64,000 bases of DNA from Octopus sinensis (Eukaryota), in contig NC_043009.1 of the NCBI RefSeq assembly GCF_006345805.1, positions 11,284,001 through 11,348,000 on the forward strand, in the 5' to 3' direction. The translations under genes and the position numbers were made by a program. The notes beneath the pieces were generated by a model that searched no databases, had not been told where the DNA came from, and worked only from the letters and a program-made list of their open reading frames with translations. Shown in pieces: positions 40,880-51,337 of this stretch. Position 1 is the stretch's first letter. Each line of letters begins with the position of its first letter.

Positions 40880-41230
40880 TAAGGTTTCGAGATGATGTAC
40901 AGCTATAATGTATTAGGAGAAATAAGGGAGGCAGAAATTTGGATGGTTTTCTATTTACAGATATTTATTAATATGTCACATGTTTTTATAAATCATATAT
41001 TGGTGCTTTGGACGCAAACGTTAATATATGATTTATAAAAGCATGTGATATATTAATAAATACGTGTAAATATAAAACCATATATACTTTTTTTTATTAA
41101 ACTTGCAAAATCATCACAAAAACTGCTGCTCAGAGTTTCACGTTCCCGTTCGTCGGGCGATTGTAATCAAGAATCTTGGAAATGGTGTCTGGTACTTTGT
41201 AGCTATAATATAGTGATATTTTTCAGAAAC
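40880..41230 (-). mobile_element. Probable PLE terminal remnant with a degenerate hammerhead-like motif (41128-41157)
   Basis: The minus strand reads CCGACGA-A-CGGGAACG-T-GAAACTCTGAG, with a core U4>C change and a reduced stem II. Confidence 0.35.
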
Positions 41231-41558
41231 AATTTAACATTCGTATCTCAGTCAAACATCAAGTCCTAAATCAAAAGATAAAAAAGTTCCTGTCCAGTCG
41301 GCGCGAGCAGACGTTTTAAATATAATTTATTATTTATAGAAATGTTGAGAAAATGGTGAGAAGAGAAAAAAAGAAGAGCTGCTCAACTGGTATACCGGAT
41401 TTGCTGAAGTTCATGAGACACAGCTTTAAGCATTTCAGCAATATTGTGTTGGTGTTCTTTGACAATATTTTTCCTAAGCATATGAATTTTGAACTAGACA
41501 CGATTCCTGGTACCTTTATAATGAAATGTACGTCCATACACACATGAATAGTTGTTGT

Positions 41559-41589
<31 letters not shown>

Positions 41590-42014
41590 AGTGGTGGTGG
41601 TGTTGTTGTTGATGTTGTGGTGGTGGTGGTGGTGGTGGTGGTGAAGGTGGTGGTAGGTGGTGGTAGTGGTGGTGGTGGTGGTCTCTCGTTATCTGAAAAA
41701 GAAGATTCTGCAATTTCTTACTAAACAAACTGGACATATAATTTGTTTAGAGTGATCAAATGTCTGTGCTGGACATTTGTTTACTCGCTCATTTGTTTAC
41801 GTTGCCAGAAAAGGTGCACGGCCAAACATATGTCAGGTGTCGAAGTGAGCGTAGAGCAAGGTGAGATGAAGTGTTTTGCTCAAGAGTAGATTGCAGCACC
41901 CAGTCCAGAATTTGAAACCGCGATCTCACGATCATGAGTGCAAGACTATAGCTACAAGGCCATACATGTGTGTGTGTGTGTGTGTTTCTGTGTATGAATG
42001 TATATATATATATA

Positions 42015-42265
42015 TATATCTTTTATCTTTTATTTATTTCAATCACTTGATTGCAACCATGCCGGAGCACCACTTTGAAGGGTTTTTAGCCGAACAAATC
42101 GACACTCGGACACATTTTAGAGCCTAGTACTTATTCTATCGACCTATTTAGGCCGAACCGCTAAATTATGGGGACGTAACCACACCAGCACTGTAGTAGA
42201 AGATACTTGCCCAAGGTGCAACGGAGTGGGATTGAACTTGGAACCATGTGGTTGGGAAGCAATTT
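42015..42265 (-). mobile_element. SINE family A copy with a large internal deletion
   Basis: The tail tttatttcaatcacttgattgcaaccatgccggagcaccac is joined via cacaccagca to gtagtagaagatacttgcccaaggtgc. Confidence 0.75.
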
Positions 42266-42407
42266 TCTTTATTTTATCAAATTAGCCAGAAAGGCTTTAC
42301 ATAGATGGAAGCCAATGCGAGCTGGACAACAACACAAATTAAATGAATGATGAGTAAAATAATGATATTAATGAGGGAAGCAGACGACGCCCACCGATCG
42401 ATGCTTC

Positions 42408-43385
42408 CCGAAAATATTGTTCCTTTTTTCTCATTTATAAAAACAAATTGAGGTTATAAACCTCTTACTATAGTGCTGGTAGCTAATTAGCATAGCAGTT
42501 AAAGCGTCTGATAGGCTTTTGCAGGAATTGTTTCCGCCCTTAGCATTCCGATTTCAAATGATTTTGAGGACACTAATATATGAGGGCCCAATTGCTTTGT
42601 AGTTGAGCAGGCATACGTCGATAAAGAGAGCCGTCAGTCCATTGCAGGGTAATTCATTTACGGCCGAAAAATTGTTCCTTTTTTCTCATTTATAAAAACA
42701 AATTGAGGTTATAAACCTCTTACTATAGGCTGGTAGCTCTAATTAGCATAGCAGTTAAAGCGTCTGATAGGCTTTTGCAGGAATTTTTTCCGCCCTTAGC
42801 ATTCCGATTTCAAATGATTTTGAGGACACTAATATATGAGGCCCCAATTGCTAGTTGAGCAGGCATACGTCGAATAAAGGAGCGTCAGTCCATTGCAGGG
42901 TAATTCATTTACGGCCGAAAATATTGTTCCTTTTTTCTCATTTATAAAAACAAATTGAGGTTATAAACCTCTTACTATAGTGCTGGTAGCTAATTAGCAT
43001 AGCAGTTAAAGCGTCTGATAGGCTTTTGCAGGAATTGTTTCCGCCCTTAGCATTCCGATTTCAAATGATTTTGAGGACACTAATATATGAGGCCCCAATT
43101 GCTAGTTGAGCAGGCATACGTCGAATAAAGGAGCGTCAGACGGCCGAAAATATTGTTCCTTTTTTCTCATTTATAAAAACAAATTGAGGTTATAAACCTC
43201 TTACTATAGTGCTGGTAGCTAATTAGCATAGCAGTTAAAGCGTCTGATAGGCTTTTGCAGGAATTGTTTCCGCCCTTAGCATTCCGATTTCAAATGATTT
43301 TGAGGACACTAATATATGAGGCCCTAATTGCTAGTTGAGCTAGGCATAAAGGAGCGTCAGTCCATTGCAGGGTAATTCATTTACG
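42408..43385 (+). repeat. Tandem satellite, 4 copies of a ~250-bp unit
   Basis: Units start ccgaaaa(t)attgttccttttttctc at 42408, 42664, 42915 and 43144 (periods 256, 251, 229). The copies are near-identical and differ mostly by short indels. Confidence 0.95.
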
Positions 43386-43520
43386 ACCAATATGAAATGA
43401 AATGCTTTACTCAAGAATACCAGGCACCACCCTGTCCGGAAATCGAAGCCAAGATCTTGCGAGCTACGCTATAATCACTCGGCCACACGCCTTCACACCC
43501 CCACCATACACACACTCACA

Positions 43521-44283
43521 TATTCTTTTCTACACTAGGTACAAAGCCCGAAAATTTGGGGGAGGCGGCCAGTCAATTAGATCGACCACTTACGCAAGTG
43601 GTACATAATTTATCGATCCCGAAAGGATGAAAGGCAAAGTCGACCTCGGCGGAATTTGAACTCAGAACGTAGCGGCAGGCGAAATACCTATTTCTTTACT
43701 ATCCACAAGGTGCTAAACACAGAGAGGTCAAACAAGGACAGACAAACGGATTAATTCGATTATATCGATCCCAGTGCGTAACTGGTACTTATTTAATCGA
43801 CCCCGAAAGGATGAAAGGCAAAGTCGACCTCGGCAGAATTTAAACTCAGAACGTAGCGGCAGACAAAATACCAATTTCTTTACTACTCGCAAGGGGCTAA
43901 ACACAGAGGGGACAAACAAGGACAGACAAACGGATTAAGTCGATTATATCGACCCCATCGCGTAATTGGTACTTATTTAATCGACCTCGAAAGGATGAAA
44001 TGCACAGTCGACCTCGGCGAAATTTGAACTCAGAACATAACGGCAGACGAAATACCTATTTCTTTACTACCCGCAAGGGGCTAAACACAGAGAGGACAAG
44101 CAAGGGCAGACAAACGGATTAATTCGATTATATCGACTCCATTGCGTAACTGGTACTTATTTAATCGACCCCGAAAGGATGAAATGCAAAGTCTACCTCG
44201 GCGGAATTCGAACTCAGAACATAACGGCAGACGAAATACCAATAAGTATTTCGCCCGGCGACGTTTCTGCCAGCTCACCGCCT
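43521..44283 (-). mobile_element. SINE family B head-to-tail multimer (head + three 184-bp units + terminal body with alternative tail)
   Basis: The motif gaaatacc recurs at 43681, 43865, 44049 and 44233 (period 184). The head aaggcggtgagctggcagaaacg begins at 44283. Confidence 0.93.
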
Positions 44284-44812
44284 TCACACACTCATATATT
44301 ATTGATATTGTTTGAAATTTCATCTTTTCCAATAAGCACAAGCGCAGCCTTTGATTATTATTTACTTTAATTAAAGTTTTCCGGACTATTAACCTCGTTT
44401 CTTTGTCTTTCCATTCATATATCCTCTTAATCGATTCATTCTCTAGTGAGGTTAATACACTGGAAGACTTTAATTATATAATAATTCATAACTAAAGTTT
44501 AGACACATTATTCGATTCCTTATTTAATTACTTATGCTGCTGGTATAAACACCATTTATTACGCTTGTGTGACCTCCTTGGTAATCTATCCACATAGAGA
44601 TCAGTTATGAGGTCACAAGAGTAAAAGAGAAGACATTAAACACTTAATTAAATACGAGATATTAATATTAATCACAATTAATGCGTGTGTTTATTATTGG
44701 TAAAATGACTCTTTCAAGATACAATATCTGTTTCTATGCAAGATTTAATTTCAAGACAAACACATACGTATTCATACTCACACACGTATACGGTGTTATT
44801 CTCAGCTTTCTC

Positions 44813-44895
<83 letters not shown>

Positions 44896-45050
44896 ATATA
44901 CGTGTATAAATATGCACACACATATATATATATATAAATCACATCATAACTATTTCCAGTTGATTTCAACTATATGTGTCTCTTATCACTATATTACAGC
45001 CCAAATCCTCATTATGCTTCTTCATAGATGGCATTGTATGAGAACGGGAA

Positions 45051-45248
45051 GGCGGTGAGCTGGCAGAATCGTTAGCGCGCTGGACGAATTGCTTAGCAGT
45101 ATTTCGCCCGTCGCTACGTTCTGAGTTCAAATTCCGCCGAGGTCGACTTTACCTTTCATCATTTTGGAGATGATAAATTAAGTACCAGTGAAACACTAGT
45201 CCCTTCCCCACAAGTTTGAGGCCTTGTACCTCCAGTAGAAAGGATTAT
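45051..45248 (+). mobile_element. SINE family B monomer with alternative tail
   Basis: ggcggtgagctggcagaatcgttagc...gagttcaaattccgccgaggtcgac...gaggccttgtacctccagtagaaaggattat. Confidence 0.88.
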
Positions 45249-45456
45249 GAGAACGGGATCTCAACGCATATGAAAATTAAACCTCATTCATATGGTTACT
45301 TGCTGTGCACTTTTGCACTACTAAGTACACACACGCACACACACACGCAGACACACACTCGCGTGTACACACACTCGTGCGTGCACATACGCGCGCGTGC
45401 ACACACGCACAACTTCACTCACCACACACACACACACACACAAACACACAAACATA

Positions 45457-45510
45457 TTAGGCTTCCTGGCTTTCAAACAGGCGGCCCGGGTTCGGTTCCC
45501 GGCATGAGGA
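45457..45510 (+). pseudogene. trnE: 5'-truncated tRNA-Glu(TTC) pseudogene fused to a SINE tail (45519-45583)
   Basis: TTAGG CTT CCTGG CT TTC AA ACAGG CGGC CCGGG TTCGGTT CCCGG CATGAGG A matches eukaryotic tRNA-Glu from the D-loop onward. The anticodon TTC is at 45472-45474. The 5' acceptor strand is missing. Confidence 0.8.
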
Positions 45511-45608
45511 CACAACTATTCTAAGGCCGTGCTCAAGTATGGCCGCAGTCATATGACTGGAACAAGTAAAACAATATAAGAATATATATATATATATATA
45601 TATATATA

Positions 45609-46490
45609 CATGGGTTGGACAAAATAATGGAGATACCTTAAAATTTCAAACAAATTTATTTTAATACGGCGTAGGACCGCCTTTGGCAGTAATTACAGCT
45701 TGAATTCCACAAGGTATGAACACGTACAAAGTTTGAATTGTTTCCAACGGAATTTTTGCCCATTCTTCAGCTAAAACAGTTTCCAGTTCTTGTAGTGATG
45801 ATGGTGGGAGATATCGACTCCTCCCTTGTTTTATTAAAATGAACCATCAATTTTCAATAATATTGAGATCTGGGGGACTGTGGTGGCCAGATAAGATGTT
45901 CAACTTCACTAGAATGTTCCTCGTGCCATTTCAGTAACTACTTTAGCTGTGTGATTTGGTGCATTATCATCCTGGAAGATTAAGTTTCTCTCCGGAAACA
46001 GTTTCACAACCATAGAATGAATTGGATCAACTAAAATGCTTAGTCCTGACTATTAATTCTGCCTTGAAGGGAAACCATTGGGCCGGCGGATTTCCAAGAT
46101 ATAGCATCACCAGATCATCTCATATCCATGTTTAACGGATGGAAGAAGGCAGTGTGGGTCAAATGCTTTCGGCTGTCTCCACACATATACTCGGCCAGTG
46201 CTCAGAAATTAGGTAAAGGATGACTCGTTCGAGAAAATAACAATCTTCCACCCCTCCAGGGATCAATTCTGTGAAGTTTTACTCCATTCTAAATGCTTTG
46301 CAACGTTTGTCTTTGAAAGTAGTGGTTGTCTGATTGCAGCCCTCCCGTGAAATCCGGTTTTGTGCAGCTCTCCCGTCGACCATTTTTTGTGGAAACTGGG
46401 TTCTTGAAGTAGTCATTAAGCTCTGCAGTAATTTTGTAAGCTGTACTTTTGTAATCCTTTCTAACAATTTGCGTATGAGTCCAACTGTCC
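45609..46490 (-). mobile_element. Tc1 (DD34E) element, 3' half with TIR
   Basis: TA|CATGGGTTGGACAAAATAATGG TIR at 45609. The minus-strand translation gives TQIVRKDYKSTAYKITAELN, VIFSNESSFTLF, IFQDDNAPNHTAKVV and IWPPQSP-DLNIIEN, with frameshifts. Confidence 0.88.
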
Positions 46491-46494
46491 ATCA

Positions 46495-46985
46495 GACTTG
46501 TTTATTGACATAGCGAAAATGTGTTTCACTGGGAACTGGAACTGTTTAAATGTAAATGGGAGGTCATATGGGATTAACAGGATTCGTGGAATTGAGAAAT
46601 CTTCACCCTTGTAATTCCCAGTCATAACTGTTGTCTCTAGGACATGGGGTCGCATCGCTTTCACCACCAGTCTGGTGCCATTGCACAGACGAGGTGGATC
46701 CAGATTCCTGAGCAGCATAATTGGATCTCCATTTTTAAGTGTTGAGTGGTTAGATATCATCTTAGATGGCTGTAGGGAGTTCAGGGACTCAGTTGCAAAA
46801 ACTACAGCCTGGTCCTGATTACTAGACGTCGAGGGATTTGAAAGTCTGTTCGTGTCCAGGCAACGGCTGCAAGAGACCCCAGTTGATTTTGTTGACAGCA
46901 TCATTACGTGGAGCGAAGATGGCTCGCTCACAGAGCCGTTTACTGTTGCTAAAGTTTCGGGCAATGTTTAGGAGCACATGTATTA
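46495..46985 (-). pseudogene. Helitron PIF1-family helicase C-terminal fragment
   Basis: LCERAIFAPRNDAVNKIN...PGHEQTFKSLD / ESLNSLQP...PIMLLRNLDPPRLCNGTRLVVK...IPRILLIP...FQFPVKHIFAMSINKS: SF1B helicase motifs up to motif VI. Confidence 0.9.
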
Positions 46986-47014
46986 TGAGATCGTTGACAG
47001 TTGGTACCGTCTAC

Positions 47015-47736
47015 CCACAGGCTTTCTGCACCCACGCTCGATTTGGATGATGATAACTCCAAGAAAATTGGATATTTTTTAATGAAATTTTCTACATATA
47101 TGTGTTATATCATGTAGACTCCGAATATATACTTCTATATTTAACTGAGCGTGTATATTCCTAATTTTTGCATCTAGTATCTTCTGCTTTTCTATTAGAA
47201 CTGTTTACCTGGGAATTTATTTAAAGTGAAAAAATATCACATGCAACAGATAAGTCGTCTTAATAACATATATATGTATACCAGACATTTAGCTGTTATT
47301 TTTAGCATGAGTTTTTTGGTGAGTATTTCATTGCCCGTTGCTTCAGTAGAAATGTAGGGATGCACAAACGCACAAAACAGAAAAGATAACAAGTATGGAC
47401 GACTTGTTCCGAAACATCCCCGAATGGGGAACAGTTCACAAAAATAACCCCCGCCTCCAATTTCTATATGCCCGGAATGCACATAGTCCGAGGTATATTT
47501 TTAGATAATTTCATTTAAAAATATCCATTTTCCTAAAAGTTAAGCGAACTGAAGTGGACTTAGATTAAATTTCCGAAAATCCACCTCCATCTCTCCTAAA
47601 ATACTTTCTCACTAAAATTTTGTATATTCGGAATCTACATGATATAACACATATTCGTAGAAAATGTTATTAAAAAATATTCATTTTTCTGAAAGTTATC
47701 ATCATCCAGAGTCGGAGTGGGGACAGAAATCTGTGG
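47015..47736. repeat. Long inverted repeat (~117-bp arms, ~490-bp spacer), foldback/MITE-like
   Basis: 47015-47131 (ccacaggctttctgc...ggatgatgataact...tgtgttatatcatgtagactccgaatatatac) is the reverse complement of 47622-47736 at roughly 80% identity. Confidence 0.85.
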
Positions 47737-48094
47737 TTATGCCGTGTTGACAATTAAATGAAATCTCCGTATGAGTGGTTTTTTTTCTTCCTCACAGACA
47801 CACACTCACGTAGGTATATATCTTACACAAATAGAAAGCCGGGGAAGAATATAAAAAATGCAAGTAACTTTCGAAATTATTTTTTATCTGAAATCCTCAC
47901 AACTGTAATGATGTTTACATAATTGTGTATGTAAATAGCTGTGTTAATAAGTCGATTTGTGCCAACAATAATCACATGGGATTTAAATGTGAAATATCAA
48001 ATCTTAATAAAGCAACTTCTTCCAAAAATGTCCGAAATATGTATTGGAACATAAATATACAATACACAGTACTTCATTTAATTAATTGAGAAAA

Positions 48095-49120
48095 AAGGCA
48101 TCTAAATGCTTTCCTAGTTCCTTGATGCTTTTCAACATTGCTTTCTGCAATACGTCACAATAAAGCTTCGAATCCATTGTTTTCTCAATAAATGTAAGTC
48201 CTTCCAAACAAGTCACACTCATGCATCCCCAAAACATAACACGCTGCCGTGTTTCATGGTAGGCCCGGTGTATTTGTCGCTATTATCTTCCCCAAGTCGT
48301 CGCCATACTCGTTTGATACCATCTGACCCAAACAAGTTGATTTTAGTCCTATGAGAAAAAAGAATTTTATTCCAAAATTCCTTTCCCTTACTCACATAGG
48401 TTTCGGGAAAAATAAAAAGATAACTTGATTTTTACCTGGTAGTGAAAAGAGGCTTCCTACGAGGAATGCGTCCATGAAGACTACACTGGTTCAAACTTCG
48501 GCGAACAGTTTGGACGGATACACACTTTCCACTAACAGATGACATTTTTAGGGTCAAAGAAGAAGCGGTACGACACCGCCCAGTAGCTTTGTGCTTCTGA
48601 ATTAATTTGGCAACTGTGTTACGCTAATATGTATTTGTTTGCTAATTAACTTGTATCCTACGCCATTTTTGTGCAAATTAAAAATAATTTTCTTCAAATT
48701 TCTACACAATTCATTTCCTTTTGGAGCCATTTTTATCATAGTGAAGTGGATTTTCACCACGGGCCACAAATCAGAATTCCTGCAGTTGCAATAACAATGA
48801 TCGGTGCAAAGATTCCAGGAGAAATAATTCATTAGAACTGAAATTATCTGAATTTAGTAAAAAAATAAAAATATGCATAAAATATTTAATATAGTAAATT
48901 TCCTATAGGGTGTACGTATCTTTGTAACGTTTGAAAATTAATATTTCGTTTGTATTTTTGAAAATTTTTGTTTTGTGTTCCAAATTTGTATAATGTTTGC
49001 ATGTATAATTGCATAATATATTTTATTTAGTATATATTTCATTTGATTTCCTTCGATATTATAAGGCTAATAGCAATCTTACTGAAATGTTTTAGGGGTG
49101 TACATACTTTAGTGCGATAG
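48095..49120 (-). mobile_element. Second Tc1 element: 5' end and decayed transposase, with IR/DR-type terminus
   Basis: ATG at 48730 (MAPKGNELCRNLKKIIFNLHKNGVGYKLIS), followed by QTVRRSLNQCSLHGRIPRRKPL, KINLFGSDGIKRVWRR and VMFWGCMS. The motif ggg(g)tgtac.ta.cttt occurs at the outer end (49094-49110) and again about 190 bp inside (48907-48923). Confidence 0.85.
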
Positions 49121-50418
49121 TATATATACATATACAAAGACGCATATGTGTACATATGAAGTGTATGTATATACACGATGCTCTAAATTATCTTTATAAT
49201 TTCCACAATTTGCTGTATTTTATCGTCTTGATATGTTGCGTGCAACCGTTGGAGGCCACGGAGAAGTGTTATGATGTTTCTAACAAAACTTTGTTTGCCA
49301 AAAACAAAACAAAACAAAAAAACAACTCCGCATAATTATCTTTATTCTTTATTTTTTTTTTTAGAATTTTTCAGTTGTAAAGCTAAATTATGGACACTCT
49401 TTATACGCATGCTTTTCAGTCAACACATACATGGCAATGCCATTAAGAAGGTCGCTTACCAAGCATAAAGTCCCATAGCCCTTATGATCCGCATCTTCTG
49501 CGTTATGTGCCGGTTCAAGATGGAGTTTGTTAGGAAGCCTTCTGTATTCCGATACACTGTGTAAGAAATATTCGGATCAGGACTCCTGTCTAAGCTCGGA
49601 AATTCAAACCCCTATAATATGAATCCATATATACACGTATATGTCTCCCTCTGTGTGTGCGCGTGTGTGTGTGTCTACATCTGCGCACGCGAATGTGTGT
49701 TTATGTGTGTGAGCGTATGTGTTTTTCTTGTGAGTGTGTGTGTGATTTTCTTGCACATACTAGTGAGATCACGCGCTTACATGAATGTGTGTATGTGTGT
49801 GTAGATGTTACAAATTATTGGTGAAGAGTAAAGAAGATTAACAGAAGTTTAACATATAAATATACAAATTTTAGAAAGATAGGTGAGAAATAAGAATGAC
49901 TCAAAAGAAAAAAAGGAAAGAAAAAAAAACGATGACTGCAGGGAAATGATGTCGGATAAAAAAGCAGCTGACAAACATACGCGCACATCTAAGTGCAAAT
50001 GTACTAATGAAACAAAATTTTTATATAACAATTATATACTTTTTTTCACTGCATTTTTTTTTTTTTTTGAAGAAAGAGGCTGGGCTCATTGTCAGTGAAA
50101 ACTATTTGTGAAACAGTCAATATTCGTTTTGAATTGTTGCTAATTATTGAAGACAGTACCACATGTTGTAGTTAGTATGGGCTCAGATAACAAGAAATAA
50201 ACAATGCGTGTGACAAGTGGAGGAGAATAGACTGAGCTGGGATTATCTACGTGAGACGACGACACGCAAATGTTTAGTTGAGTGGAACAGGGACCGCAGT
50301 AGTAGCAGTAGACAGGCAAATAGATGATACATTATGTGTCATTAACTGATTGCCATGAAATTGCCTACTGACATTATGCCAATTATTTATACATACATCA
50401 TACATACATATATATATA

Positions 50419-50469
<51 letters not shown>

Positions 50470-50486
50470 TACATACATACATACAT

Positions 50487-50549
<63 letters not shown>

Positions 50550-50560
50550 TATATATATAC

Positions 50561-50610
<50 letters not shown>

Positions 50611-50612
<2 letters not shown>

Positions 50613-50711
50613 TAGAATGGCCGATTGGTCTAAGGCACCAGGTACCTTAACCTGAAGATTGTGTATTCTGACCCACGACTGTGGGCGTAGGTTCGAATCC
50701 CACTTCTGACA
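50611..50711 (+). pseudogene. trnL: tRNA-Leu(CAA-type) pseudogene with an apparently retained 24-nt intron and missing anticodon, fused to a SINE-type tail (50726-50799)
   Basis: Acceptor stem GTTAGAA/TTCTGAC+A, D-arm TGGCCGATTGGTCTAAGGC, variable arm CCCAC-GACT-GTGGG, T-arm GTAGG-TTCGAAT-CCCAC. The segment 50642-50665 occupies the position of the anticodon loop and the canonical 37/38 intron. Confidence 0.85.
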
Positions 50712-50801
50712 GATAACGTATATTTCTAATGGCGGTACCCCAGCATGGCCACACCTCGTGAGCTGAAACTAGATGAAAATGAAAATGAAAAAAAATGAAT
50801 A

Positions 50802-51220
50802 GGCGCAGGAGTGGCTGTGTGGTAAGTAGCTTGCTAAACAACCACATGGCTCTGGGTTCAGTCCCACTGCGTGGCACCTTGGGCAAGTGTCTTCTGCTAT
50901 AGCCCCGGGCCGACCAATGCCTTGTGAGTGGATTTGGTAGACGGAAACTGAAAGAAGCCCGTCGAATATATGTATATATATATATGTGTGCCTGTATGTT
51001 TGTGTGTCTGTGTCTGTCCCCTTAGCATTTTTTGACAACCGATGCTGCTGTGTTTACGTCCCCGTCACTTAGCGGTTCGGCAAAAAGAGACCGATAGAAT
51101 AAGTACTAGGCTTACAAAAGAATAAGTCCCGGGGTCGAGTTGCTCGATTAAAGGTGGTACTCCAGCATGGCCGCAGTCAAATGACCGAAACAAGTAAAAG
51201 AGTAAAAGAGTAAAAGAGTA
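50802..51220 (+). mobile_element. SINE family A, full length, young
   Basis: ggcgcaggagtggctgtgtggtaagtagcttg...gggttcagtcccactgcg...ggtggtactccagcatggccgcagtcaaatgaccgaaacaa(gtaaaaga)x3. Confidence 0.93.
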
Positions 51221-51222
51221 TG

Positions 51223-51281
<59 letters not shown>

Positions 51282-51337
51282 TATATAATATATATATATA
51301 ATATATATATATATATAAATCAAAACAAAAGAAATAT

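Noticed and set aside
42408-44283. Regular tandem arrays as a possible CRISPR-like locus
   Set aside because: The units are long and near-identical, with no unique spacers and no cas genes, in a eukaryotic context.
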